A stretch of DNA of 64,000 bases from Burkholderiaceae bacterium. GTDB lineage: Bacteria; Pseudomonadota; Gammaproteobacteria; Burkholderiales; Burkholderiaceae_C. Position numbers and translations under genes: made by a program. The notes under the pieces are model-generated. The model did not search any database, was not told where the DNA came from, and worked only from the letters and a program-made list of their open reading frames with translations. The stretch lies in the NCBI GenBank assembly GCA_041396505.1, contig JAWKYL010000007.1:57635-121634 (forward strand), read 5' to 3'. How positions within the stretch are numbered: the stretch's first letter is position 1; each line of letters begins with the position of its first letter. Below are positions 17,874-26,655 of this stretch, in pieces.

Positions 17874-18524
17874 ATGCAACGTATGGTCACCCTTGCCGCC
17901 GTTCCCCAAAGCCTGCCCCGGTCGTCCGTCCGCAACGATGCCGCCGCCGGGGCGCTGGCCTTGCGTCCCCTGGCGCGGCCGCTGACGCTGGCCGGTCTGC
18001 TGCAGTCCGGACCCACGCCGCGCGAGGACATCGGGATGGGCTCGATCGGCATTCCGCTGTCGCTGAGGCTGAGGCTGACCGATGCCCGTGGCCAGGCACT
18101 GGCGCGGGCCGCCGTGTGCCTGTGGCAGGTCGATCCGGACGACCGTCCGCTGGACTTCGTCGGCGACGAACTCGACGTGGTGGCGGGCATGCGGGGCATG
18201 CAGTTCAGCGACGACGCGGGTGCAGCAGGGTTTCGCACCGTGTATCCGGGCCGCTTCAGCGACGGAACGGCGGTTGTGTATCTGCTGGTGTTCGTTGGCG
18301 AGGGCGATACGGTCACCGCGTGCGCCGACATCTGCCTGCAGTTGCCGACGCGCGTCCAGGGGCCCTTGCGCGAGCTGCCGGTGGCCTTGCCTCTGCCCGA
18401 CCGCGTGCAGGCGCCGCGCTGGGGACGGGGGCGCCGGCCCCAGGACGTGCAGGTGCCCCGGGTTCATTTCGACTTCCGGGGGCCTGGGCTGGTGTGCCAG
18501 CTGGGCCTGGCGCTGGCGTGCTGA
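17874..18524 (+). CDS. hypothetical protein, possibly with an intradiol-dioxygenase-like beta-sandwich fold
   Basis: IPLSLRLRLTDARGQALARAAVCLWQVDPDDR...FRTVYPGRF is reminiscent of dioxygenase_C-like secreted proteins. The similarity is weak. Confidence 0.35.
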   Translation: MQRMVTLAAVPQSLPRSSVRNDAAAGALALRPLARPLTLAGLLQSGPTPREDIGMGSIGIPLSLRLRLTDARGQALARAAVCLWQVDPDDRPLDFVGDELDVVAGMRGMQFSDDAGAAGFRTVYPGRFSDGTAVVYLLVFVGEGDTVTACADICLQLPTRVQGPLRELPVALPLPDRVQAPRWGRGRRPQDVQVPRVHFDFRGPGLVCQLGLALAC

Positions 18525-18576
18525 CCCGGCGCCGCCAGGCGGTGTCCGGTCCCGGGCCTTCCCGGGCGCCCATGCG

Positions 18577-18957
18577 TCAGCGCAGCCGGCCGACGTAGCG
18601 GCTGGCCAGGGCCTCCTGTGCACGGGAGAGGGGCGCTTCGCCCGATTGCGGTGCGGGTTGCGGTGCGGGTTTCGGTGCGGCCGCCAGGGGGGCTGCGGAT
18701 CGGGGGCCGGTCCAGGCCGGGAGGGGCGCCGGCTCGCGGCTGTCCAGCAGGCCCTCGACCCGGTCGGCCAGGGGCAGCAGTTCGTGGAGCTGTTCGCTGC
18801 GGGCCTTTTCCCGGGCGAAGTCAACGATGGCGCGGGCGTATTCGGCGTTGGTGGCCATCCACTCGGTGTCGGTGACGCGTCCGGTCTTTCGGCGCAGCAA
18901 CACGTGCATGTGCGCGGCTGCGGCGAACATGTCGGTGTCGGAAGCGGGCATGGACAT
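18577..18957 (-). CDS. hypothetical protein
   Basis: M(SM)PASDTDMFAAAAHMHVLLRRKTGRVTDTEWMATNAEYARAIVDFAREKA..., with a Pro/Ala-rich C-terminus. GGAGA lies upstream. The start is either 18957 or 18951. Confidence 0.45.
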   Translation of the reverse strand: MSMPASDTDMFAAAAHMHVLLRRKTGRVTDTEWMATNAEYARAIVDFAREKARSEQLHELLPLADRVEGLLDSREPAPLPAWTGPRSAAPLAAAPKPAPQPAPQSGEAPLSRAQEALASRYVGRLR

Positions 18958-18999
18958 CTCTCCGGTGTTCAGGTGATACAAAATGTAGAGCACGTCCCG

Positions 19000-19214
19000 T
19001 GCCAGACCCAGGCGAAACCAAGGGTAAGCCCCGATGCACAGACCTGGTGCGTTGTCGTACAGTCACTGCACTCGCGATCGGTGCCCGACACCGCGCAACG
19101 CGGGGGACCGAGGAGACAACCCAGTCCATCACTAGAACATTTCATCAGACAGTACAGCGTCCTCAAGAGATGCCTGATCACTGCAACCGACCCATGTGGG
19201 TCGGTTTTTTTTTT
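19000..19214 (+). ncRNA. candidate small RNA ending at a strong intrinsic terminator; the 5' end is unknown
   Basis: A plus-strand terminator sits at 19187-19214 with no plus-strand CDS upstream; the neighbours on both sides are minus-strand genes. No known RNA family was recognised. Confidence 0.2.
19187..19214 (+). terminator. rho-independent terminator
   Basis: ccgaccc-atgt-gggtcgg followed by T10. Confidence 0.8.
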
Positions 19215-19278
19215 GCCTGTGACGGCCCAGGCCTGGCCATGGGCGCCGGCCTACCCTGAGGCGGCCGGGCATGCGCCC

Positions 19279-20412
19279 TCACCGGGGCGCCGCCCCCGCT
19301 GCCGCGTTCTTGAACAGGGCCGCCAGCAGGTCCGACTGGGTGATCATGCCGACCACGCGGTCCTGGGCGTCCACCACGGGCATGTGATGCAGTCCGCCGT
19401 CGGAGAAGCCCTGGACCAGGTCGGCCATGGCCTGCTCGGGCCGGGCCGTGACCACGCGGGGCGACATGATCTCGTGCACGCGGCGTGCGGTGGTCATCAG
19501 GGGCGGACGCTGGGGCACCGGGGCGCTCTGGCCGATGAAGAAGTCGTGCAGCGACACGATGCCCACCAGGCGTCCGTCGGCGTCCGTCACCGGCAGGGCC
19601 TTGACCTTGTGGGTTGCCAGGCGGTGCCAGGCCTCGTCGACCCGGTCGTCGGGGCCGACGCAGACGACATCGTGCGACATGATGTGCTCGCACAGCACAC
19701 CGTCCCAGTGCCGCCGCTGGGCATGGAGCTGGGCGCGCACCATGATCTCTTCCAGGTCTTCCCGGTCGATGTCCAGTGGCTCGCCATACGACGCCAGGGC
19801 GGCATCCAGATCGGCTGGCTGCATGCCGGTGCGGTGCGTGGGAAGTGGGTCGTCGGTGCGGTGGGGGTGCGGTGCGCCGTGGTGGGGGTAGCGACGGCCG
19901 GTGAGGTGGTTGAACACCACGGCCGTGGCGGCCAGGCACAGGGCATTGGTCAGCACCGGACCCAGCGCGAAGCCCCAGTCCATCTGGTGGATGGCGGGGC
20001 CGCCGAGCACGGTGGTCAGGGCCATGGCGCCGCCCGGCGGGTGCAGGCAGCGCAGCACCACCATGGCGGCCACGGCCGCTGCCCCGGCCAGGCCGGCCAG
20101 CGCAGGGCTTTCGCCGAGCCCGTGATATAGGGCGACGCCCACCAGGGCCGATACCAGGTTGCCGCCGACCACCGACCAGGGCTGGGCCAGCGGGCTGGCC
20201 GGCACCATGAAGGCGAGCACGGCGGAGGCGCCCATGGGCGCCAGGAACCAGGGGTTGCTTTCACCCAGCCACAGGCGGCCGAGCCATTCGGTGCACAGCA
20301 GGCCGATGCCCACGCCCAGGCAGCCAAGCCACAACTCGCGCCGCCCGGCGGCCAGGGGAACAGGCAGGAATGACCGCAGCCACAAGGCCAGCGGATGCAG
20401 ACGCGCGCGCAC
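19279..20412 (-). CDS. HPP-family membrane protein fused to a CBS-domain pair
   Basis: A membrane N-half with APMGASAVLAFMVPASPLAQPWSVVGGN and LHPPGGAMAL (HPP motif). The C-half has two CBS-like repeats (IMSHDVVCVGPDD...LPVTDADGRLVGIVSLHD and IMSPRVVTARPE...MPVVDAQDRVVGMITQSDL). The GTG start directly abuts the hmp stop. Confidence 0.8.
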   Translation of the reverse strand: MRARLHPLALWLRSFLPVPLAAGRRELWLGCLGVGIGLLCTEWLGRLWLGESNPWFLAPMGASAVLAFMVPASPLAQPWSVVGGNLVSALVGVALYHGLGESPALAGLAGAAAVAAMVVLRCLHPPGGAMALTTVLGGPAIHQMDWGFALGPVLTNALCLAATAVVFNHLTGRRYPHHGAPHPHRTDDPLPTHRTGMQPADLDAALASYGEPLDIDREDLEEIMVRAQLHAQRRHWDGVLCEHIMSHDVVCVGPDDRVDEAWHRLATHKVKALPVTDADGRLVGIVSLHDFFIGQSAPVPQRPPLMTTARRVHEIMSPRVVTARPEQAMADLVQGFSDGGLHHMPVVDAQDRVVGMITQSDLLAALFKNAAAGAAPR

Positions 20413-21585
20413 TCAGTTCAGGGCCGTTGCCGGGCCGAAGAACTCGAAGCGGGCTTGCGATTCGGGTACGCCCAGCGCGAGCAGGCCGCGCCGGACCAGG
20501 GCCATGAAGGGCTTGGGCCCCAGGTAGTAGACGTCCAGGTCCCGGGAGGCGGGCAGCCATTGCGCCAGGCGGTCCTGGTCCAGCAGGCCCACGGCATCGG
20601 CGCCTTCGTCCGCCTGGTCATAGCAATAGAAGCGCCGCAACTGGGGATGGCGCTCGGCCAGGTTGTCGATCCGCTCGCGGAAGGCGTGGACGGCGCGGTT
20701 GCGCGCGCAGTGGATGAAGTGGATCGGGCGTCCGGTGGACAGGGCCTGGTCCAGCATGGCCAGGGTGGGCGTGATGCCCACCCCGCCGCTGATCAGGACC
20801 AGCGGCTTGTCGCCGGGTGCGAGCGTGAAGGCACCAGCCGGCGGGAACACGTCGAGCACGTCGCCTTCCTGCACATGGTCGTGCAGGTGGCGGGACACCA
20901 GACCCTGGTGCTCGCGTTTGACGCTGATGCGCAGGCCCTGACCGTCCGCGCCCGCCGAGAGCGAATAGTTGCGCCGGTGTTCCTGTCCGTCGATATCCAG
21001 GCGCAGGCCGATGTACTGGCCCGGCTGGTGGGGCATGACCGGCCCGCCGTCCACAGGGCTCAGATGGAAGGAGCTGATCTCGCTGCTTTCGGCAACCTTT
21101 TGCGCCACGCGGAAGGCGCGAGCGCCGCGCCAGCCGCCCGGCTGCAGCTCGCTGGCCTGGTAGGCCTGTTCCTCGGCGCCGATCAGGATGTCGGCCAGCT
21201 GCTGGTAGGCCTCGGCCCAGGCAGCAATCACTTCGTCGGTGGCGACGTCGGCGCCCAGGACCTCGCGGATCGCGCGCAGCAGGCAGGCGCCCACGATGGG
21301 GTAGTGCGACGGTTGCACTTGCAGGGACACGTGCTTGTTGATGATGCGGGCCGGCAAGTCGCCCAGTCCTTCCAGGCGGTCGATGTGGCGGGCGTACATC
21401 AGGATGCTGTTGGCCAGTGCGCGAGGCTGCTCGCCGCTGGCCTGGTGGGCCTGGTTGAACAGCGGGCGGACTTCGGGATGGTCGGCCAGCATGATTTCGT
21501 AAAAACGGGTGGTCAGCGCCTCGCCACCGGATTCGAGCAGGGGGACGGTGTTCTTGACGATGGCGCGTTGGGAATCTGTGAGCAC
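20413..21585 (-). CDS. hmp: flavohemoglobin (NO dioxygenase)
   Basis: Globin N-terminus (V/M)LTDSQRAIVKNTVPLLESGGEALTTRFYEIMLADHPEVRPLFN, an FAD/NAD reductase C-half (RNYSLS, GGVGITP). The GTG start at 21585 was chosen because a sigma-54 promoter lies inside the longer track ORF, which reaches 21684. Confidence 0.9.
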   Translation of the reverse strand: MLTDSQRAIVKNTVPLLESGGEALTTRFYEIMLADHPEVRPLFNQAHQASGEQPRALANSILMYARHIDRLEGLGDLPARIINKHVSLQVQPSHYPIVGACLLRAIREVLGADVATDEVIAAWAEAYQQLADILIGAEEQAYQASELQPGGWRGARAFRVAQKVAESSEISSFHLSPVDGGPVMPHQPGQYIGLRLDIDGQEHRRNYSLSAGADGQGLRISVKREHQGLVSRHLHDHVQEGDVLDVFPPAGAFTLAPGDKPLVLISGGVGITPTLAMLDQALSTGRPIHFIHCARNRAVHAFRERIDNLAERHPQLRRFYCYDQADEGADAVGLLDQDRLAQWLPASRDLDVYYLGPKPFMALVRRGLLALGVPESQARFEFFGPATALN

Positions 21586-21634
21586 GGAAGAAGGCAATGG
21601 TTGGGGGTTGAACACAAGAGGTGAGCCGTCAACA

Positions 21635-21651
21635 TTGCAACCGCCATGCCA
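21635..21651 (-). promoter_or_regulatory. sigma-54 (-24/-12) promoter for hmp
   Basis: The minus strand reads TGGCAT-ggcgg-TTGCA, matching TGGCAC-N5-TTGCW, about 50 nt upstream of the GTG at 21585. Confidence 0.7.
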
Positions 21652-21690
21652 GCAGGGTCGGCTTTTCAGATCAAGGACTTGCAAGCGATA

Positions 21691-21729
21691 ATGTCAGATT
21701 GACATATATCAAGACAGAGTCAAAAAGAC
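21691..21729. promoter_or_regulatory. candidate NorR enhancer sites (GT-N7-AC)
   Basis: The perfect palindrome atGTcagattgACat (21691-21705) and a second GTcaaaaagAC (21719-21729), between norR and the hmp sigma-54 promoter. Confidence 0.5.
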
Positions 21730-21733
21730 CTGA

Positions 21734-23335
21734 ATGCGTGTGGAATTGACTTCGTCGCCGTTGACTTCGTCCCACTGGCTGCGTGCCCTGGTTCCGCTGG
21801 TGGCGGATCTCCCGCAGGACATTGCGGAAGCTGAGCGCTACCGCCGTCTGCTGCAGGTGCTTCGGACCCTGTTTCCGTGCGACGCTGCGGCCCTGTTGCG
21901 GCTGGAGGACGACTGCCTGGTGCCCCTGGCGGCGGACGGGCTGAGCCGGGACACCCTCGGACGGCGCTTCCGGGTCGCCGAACATCCCCGCTTTCAGATG
22001 CTGCTGGGCTCGGCCGGACCGCGGCGATTTGCGCCCGACAGTGCGTTGCCCGATCCGTATGACGGCCTGATCGAGGGATTGCACGGCCATCTGGAAGTGC
22101 ATGACTGCATGGGCTGCATGCTGTCCGTCGAGGGCCAGGCCTGGGGGTTGCTGACCCTCGATTCGCTGCATCCCGGCACCTTCACCGACGAACACCTCGA
22201 CGGGCTTCAGGCCTTCGGCAGTCTGGCTTCGGCAACGGTGGGTGCGGTCATGCGCATCAACCGTCTGTCCCAGGTGGCACAGCGCGAGCATCTGCGTGCC
22301 GAGTCCTACCGGCGCGCGGCCGGCCAGCCCGGACGTGCCCTGCAGGGCAACAGTCCGGTGTTCAGGGCGTTGCTCAAGGAGATTGAGCTGGTCGGTGGCA
22401 GCGAGCTCACCGTGCTGGTGACCGGCGAGACCGGGGTGGGCAAGGAGCTGGTGGCCCGGGCACTGCATGCCTGCTCATCCAGGGCGGATCGCCCGCTGGT
22501 CAGCCTCAATTGCGCGGCCTTGCCCGATACCCTGGTCGAGAGCGAGCTGTTCGGGCACGTGCGCGGAGCGTTCACCGGGGCGGTGGTCGACCGGCAGGGC
22601 AAGTTCGAACTGGCCGACGGCGGCACGCTGTTTCTGGATGAGGTGGGCGAGTTGCCGCTGGGCGTGCAGGCCAAACTGCTGCGCGTGCTGCAGAGCGGGC
22701 ACATCCAGCGACTGGGGTCCGACCGGGAGCACCATGTCGATGTGCGCCTCATCGTGGCGACCAACCGCAACCTGGCCGACGAGGTGCGGGCCGGGCGCCT
22801 GCGTGCGGACATCTATCACCGCCTGAGCGTCTATCCGCTGCCGGTACCGGCGCTGCGCGAGCGGGGGCGGGACGTGTTGCTGCTCAGCGGGTATTTTCTG
22901 GAGGAGAACCGTTCGCGCCTGGGCCTGGGCGGGTTGCGGCTGGACCACGACGCGCAGGCGGCCTTGCTGGCCTATGCCTGGCCGGGCAATGTGCGCGAAC
23001 TGGAGCACCTGATCGGGCGCAGTGTGCTCAAGGCCCTGGTCCGGCACCAGCCCCGTCCGCGCATTCTGACCCTGACGGTCAATGACCTGGGCCTGCGCGA
23101 AGCCGGGCCAACCACGGTTGAGACGCCGGCGGCGATGGGGCAGACGACCCACGAACCGGTAACGGCCCCGGGCATGAGTCTGCGCCAGATGGTGGATGCC
23201 ACCGAACGGCAGCTGGTCTGGCAGGCGCTGGTGCGCCATGGCCACAACTGGGCCGCGGCTGCCCGCGAGCTGCAGATGGATCGGGCCAACCTGGTCCGTC
23301 TGGCCCGGCGGCTGGGCCTGGCTGACCCGCGCTGA
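21734..23335 (+). CDS. norR: NO-responsive sigma-54-dependent activator (NorR/FhpR type)
   Basis: A GAF-like N-terminus, AAA+ motifs GETGVGKELVARALH and ESELFGHVRGAFTGA, and a C-terminal Fis-type HTH. It is divergent from hmp. Confidence 0.85.
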   Translation: MRVELTSSPLTSSHWLRALVPLVADLPQDIAEAERYRRLLQVLRTLFPCDAAALLRLEDDCLVPLAADGLSRDTLGRRFRVAEHPRFQMLLGSAGPRRFAPDSALPDPYDGLIEGLHGHLEVHDCMGCMLSVEGQAWGLLTLDSLHPGTFTDEHLDGLQAFGSLASATVGAVMRINRLSQVAQREHLRAESYRRAAGQPGRALQGNSPVFRALLKEIELVGGSELTVLVTGETGVGKELVARALHACSSRADRPLVSLNCAALPDTLVESELFGHVRGAFTGAVVDRQGKFELADGGTLFLDEVGELPLGVQAKLLRVLQSGHIQRLGSDREHHVDVRLIVATNRNLADEVRAGRLRADIYHRLSVYPLPVPALRERGRDVLLLSGYFLEENRSRLGLGGLRLDHDAQAALLAYAWPGNVRELEHLIGRSVLKALVRHQPRPRILTLTVNDLGLREAGPTTVETPAAMGQTTHEPVTAPGMSLRQMVDATERQLVWQALVRHGHNWAAAARELQMDRANLVRLARRLGLADPR

Positions 23336-23514
23336 TCGACAAGCGCTGATCGACCCGCCTGCCCGTCGGGGCAGTGCCCCGGAACCGGCGCGGTCCGTTC
23401 GGTCCGTCGATGGTCAATATCTTTCCGGTTTGGTTGCTGAAGTGGAAATATATATTCCGCATCTGGGCGCGGAGGCGGCCGGTTGCTTCGGGCGCTCTGC
23501 GAAAAAGAATATTG

Positions 23515-23528
23515 AAATCAACGGCTTG
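23515..23528. promoter_or_regulatory. IHF-like site upstream of the hoxK sigma-54 promoter
   Basis: aAATCAAcggcTTG fits WATCAA-N4-TTR. It lies about 45 bp upstream of the -24 element in an AT-rich stretch. Confidence 0.35.
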
Positions 23529-23568
23529 AAAAGTCGGTCTGGGGGTTTTCCCTTGGGTGGGTGAAAAG

Positions 23569-23584
23569 TGGCCTGCCACTTGCG
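23569..23584 (+). promoter_or_regulatory. sigma-54 (-24/-12) promoter for the hydrogenase array
   Basis: TGGCCT-gccac-TTGCG with correct GG/GC spacing, 75 nt upstream of the hoxK ATG. Confidence 0.6.
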
Positions 23585-23658
23585 ATGTCTGGCCTGCCTG
23601 TTGCCACAGGCGCGGGACCGGTGGGTCCCGGACCCACAGCCAACGGAGACAACCCACG

Positions 23659-24741
23659 ATGGAAACCTTCTACGAGGTCATGCGCCGCAAAGGCATCTCG
23701 CGCCGCAGCTATCTGAAGTACTGCTCGCTCACCGCCACCTCGCTGGGGCTGGCGCCGTCCTTTGTGCCCCGGATTGCCCATGCCATGGAGAACAAACCGC
23801 GCACGCCCGTGCTGTGGCTGCACGGGCTGGAGTGCACCTGCTGCACCGAGTCCTTCATCCGTTCGGCGCATCCGCTGGCCAAGGACGTGGTGTTGTCCAT
23901 GATCAGCCTGGACTACGACGACACGCTGATGGCGGCTGCCGGCCACCAGGCCGAGGCGATCCTCGAAGAGATCATGACCAAGTACAAGGGCAACTACATC
24001 CTGGCGGTGGAGGGCAACCCGCCCCTGAACGAGGACGGCATGTTCTGCATCCAGTCGGGCAAGCCCTTCATCGACAAGCTCAAGCATGTGGCCAAAGACG
24101 CCAAGGCCATCATCGCGTGGGGCTCCTGCGCTTCGTGGGGTTGCGTCCAGGCGGCCAAGCCCAACCCGACCCAGGCCACACCGATCCACAAAGTCATCAC
24201 CGACAAGCCCATCATCAAAGTGCCGGGCTGTCCGCCCATTCCCGAGGTGATGACGGGCGTGATCACCTACATGCTGACCTTCGACCGCATCCCCGAGCTG
24301 GACCGCCAGGGCCGGCCCAAGATGTTCTACAGCCAGCGCATCCACGACAAGTGCTACCGCCGTCCGCACTTCGATGCCGGCCAGTTCGTCGAGGCCTGGG
24401 ATGACGAGTCCGCGCGCAAGGGATATTGCCTCTACAAGGTGGGCTGCAAGGGTCCGACCACCTACAACGCCTGCTCCACGGTGATGTGGAACGAGGGCAC
24501 GAGCTTCCCGATCAAGGCAGGCCATGGCTGCATCGGCTGCTCGGAGGACGGCTTCTGGGACAAGGGCTCGTTCTACGACCGCCTGACCGACATCCACCCG
24601 TTTGGCATCGAAGCCAACGCCGACGAGATCGGGGGCACCGCTGCGGGTGTGGTGGGTGCGGCTGTGGCCGCGCACGCCGCCATCTCGGTGGCCAAGCGGG
24701 CGCGCGACACGTCCCAAGAAAAGTCGAAGAACCACGCCTGA
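23659..24741 (+). CDS. hoxK: membrane-bound [NiFe]-hydrogenase small subunit (HoxK/HupS/HyaA), O2-tolerant type
   Basis: Tat signal [48 protein letters not shown], and a C-terminal TM anchor. Confidence 0.95.
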   Translation: METFYEVMRRKGISRRSYLKYCSLTATSLGLAPSFVPRIAHAMENKPRTPVLWLHGLECTCCTESFIRSAHPLAKDVVLSMISLDYDDTLMAAAGHQAEAILEEIMTKYKGNYILAVEGNPPLNEDGMFCIQSGKPFIDKLKHVAKDAKAIIAWGSCASWGCVQAAKPNPTQATPIHKVITDKPIIKVPGCPPIPEVMTGVITYMLTFDRIPELDRQGRPKMFYSQRIHDKCYRRPHFDAGQFVEAWDDESARKGYCLYKVGCKGPTTYNACSTVMWNEGTSFPIKAGHGCIGCSEDGFWDKGSFYDRLTDIHPFGIEANADEIGGTAAGVVGAAVAAHAAISVAKRARDTSQEKSKNHA

Positions 24742-24759
24742 AGCTGAGAGGACAACACC

Positions 24760-26619
24760 ATGGGTGCATACGAAACACAGGGCTTCAAGCTCGACAACAC
24801 CGGCCGCCGCGTGGTGGTCGACCCCGTGACCCGCATCGAGGGGCACATGCGCTGCGAGGTCAACCTCGACAGCGACAACGTCATCCGCAACGCCGTCTCC
24901 ACCGGCACCATGTGGCGTGGTCTGGAAGTGATCCTCAAGGGCCGCGACCCGCGCGACGCCTGGGCCTTCGTCGAGCGCATCTGCGGTGTCTGTACCGGCT
25001 GCCATGCGCTGACCAGCGTGCGGGCGGTGGAGGATGCGCTGGGCATCCGCATTCCGCTCAATGCCCACCTGATCCGCGAGATGATGGCCAAGACGCTGCA
25101 GGTGCACGACCATGCGGTGCACTTCTACCACCTGCACGCGCTGGACTGGGTGGACGTGGTCTCGGCCCTGAATGCCGACCCGAAGAAGACCAGCGACCTG
25201 CAGCACCTGGTCTCGCCCTCGCACCCGCTGTCCTCGCCCGGCTACTTCCGCGACGTGCAGAACCGTCTGAAGAAGTTCGTCGAATCCGGCCAGTTGGGTC
25301 CGTTCAGCAACGGCTACTGGGGCTCCAAGGCCTATGTGCTGCCGGCCGAGGCGAATCTGATGGCCGTGACCCACTACCTCGAAGCCCTGGACCTGCAGAA
25401 GGAATGGGTCAAGGTGCACACCATCTTCGGCGGCAAGAACCCGCACCCTAACTACATGGTCGGCGGCGTGCCGTGCGCGATCAACCTCGACGGCGACGGC
25501 GCCGCCGGTGCCCCCATCAACATGGAGCGCCTGAACTTCGTCGAGGCCCGCATCAAGGAGATGATCGACTTCAACAACAACGTCTACATCCCGGACGTGC
25601 TGGCCATCGGAACGATCTACAAGCAGGCCGGATGGCTGTACGGTGGCGGCCTGTCGGCCACCAACGTGGCCGACTACGGCACGTACGAGAAAGTGCCTTA
25701 CGACCACAGCACGCACCAGCTGCCCGGAGGCGTGATCCTGAACGGCAACTGGAACGAGATCCACGAGATCGATCCGCGCGACCCCGAGCAGGTGCAGGAG
25801 TTCGTGACCCACAGTTGGTACCAGTACGGCGATGAGTCCAGGGGTTTGCATCCCTGGGACGGTGTGACCGAGGCCAACTACAAGCCCGAAGGCCCGAACT
25901 TCAAGGGCACACGGACCCACATCGAGCAGCTCGACGAGTCGGCCAAGTACTCCTGGATCAAGTCGCCGCGCTGGCGCGGTCACGCGGTGGAGGTTGGTCC
26001 GCTCTCGCGCTACATCCTGGGCTACGCCCATGCGATGCAGGGCAACACGTGGTGCCAGCGCGTCAAGGAGCAGGTGGACGCCTCGGCGGTCGCCATCAAC
26101 AGCGCCATCCCCAAGGCCCTGGGCCTGCCGGAGACCCAGTACAGCGCCAGGCAGCTGCTGCCCACCACCATCGGCCGCACTCTGGCGCGCGCGCTGGAGA
26201 GCCAGTACGCCGGCGAGATGATGATGGATGATTTCCGTCAACTGGTGCAGAACATCAAGAACGGCGACACGGCCACCGCCAACGTCGAGAAGTGGGATCC
26301 CGCCACCTGGCCCAGGGAGGCCAAAGGCGTGGGCACGGTCGCCGCGCCGCGCGGCATGCTGGGCCACTGGATCAAGATCAAGGACGGCAAGATCGAAAAC
26401 TACCAGTGCGTGGTGCCCACCACCTGGAACGGTTCGCCGCGCGATGCCAAGGGCCAGATCGGCGCCTTCGAGGCCTCGCTGATGAACACACCCATGGTCA
26501 ACCCCGAGCAGCCGCTGGAAATCCTGCGCACCCTGCACAGCTTCGACCCCTGCCTGGCCTGCTCCACCCACGTGATGAGCGAAGAGGGTCAGGAAATGGC
26601 CCGCGTCACCGTGCGCTAA
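24760..26619 (+). CDS. hoxG: membrane-bound [NiFe]-hydrogenase large subunit (HoxG/HupL/HyaB)
   Basis: RIEGHMR, the [10 protein letters not shown] motif, DPCLACSTH plus a 15-aa C-terminal extension, and RBS gagagga. Confidence 0.95.
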   Translation: MGAYETQGFKLDNTGRRVVVDPVTRIEGHMRCEVNLDSDNVIRNAVSTGTMWRGLEVILKGRDPRDAWAFVERICGVCTGCHALTSVRAVEDALGIRIPLNAHLIREMMAKTLQVHDHAVHFYHLHALDWVDVVSALNADPKKTSDLQHLVSPSHPLSSPGYFRDVQNRLKKFVESGQLGPFSNGYWGSKAYVLPAEANLMAVTHYLEALDLQKEWVKVHTIFGGKNPHPNYMVGGVPCAINLDGDGAAGAPINMERLNFVEARIKEMIDFNNNVYIPDVLAIGTIYKQAGWLYGGGLSATNVADYGTYEKVPYDHSTHQLPGGVILNGNWNEIHEIDPRDPEQVQEFVTHSWYQYGDESRGLHPWDGVTEANYKPEGPNFKGTRTHIEQLDESAKYSWIKSPRWRGHAVEVGPLSRYILGYAHAMQGNTWCQRVKEQVDASAVAINSAIPKALGLPETQYSARQLLPTTIGRTLARALESQYAGEMMMDDFRQLVQNIKNGDTATANVEKWDPATWPREAKGVGTVAAPRGMLGHWIKIKDGKIENYQCVVPTTWNGSPRDAKGQIGAFEASLMNTPMVNPEQPLEILRTLHSFDPCLACSTHVMSEEGQEMARVTVR

Positions 26620-26655
26620 GCTGACCATTCCACTCTCAACCTACTGGAGTTCGTC

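Noticed and set aside
19000-19214. Identification of the candidate sRNA as 6S RNA, or as a riboswitch for a downstream gene.
   Set aside because: The 5' and 3' ends do not pair into the long closing helix expected for 6S RNA. No plus-strand gene follows the terminator, which excludes a cis-acting riboswitch. It is kept only as an unclassified candidate.
23329-23354. A 12-nt direct duplication, gcgctgatcgac-aa-gcgctgatcgac, spanning the norR stop codon.
   Set aside because: It is too short and isolated to interpret. It most likely reflects a small slippage duplication with no evident function.
23518-26628. A 1036-aa ORF antisense to hoxK and hoxG. Similar giant antisense ORFs occur at 37677..39773, 57712..60444, 18082..20130, 14036..16024, 46305..48593 (N-terminal part) and 12020..12802.
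   Set aside because: Their composition (G/A/R/H/V/L-rich, low complexity) and perfect overlap with strongly supported genes on the other strand mark them as GC-driven shadow ORFs.
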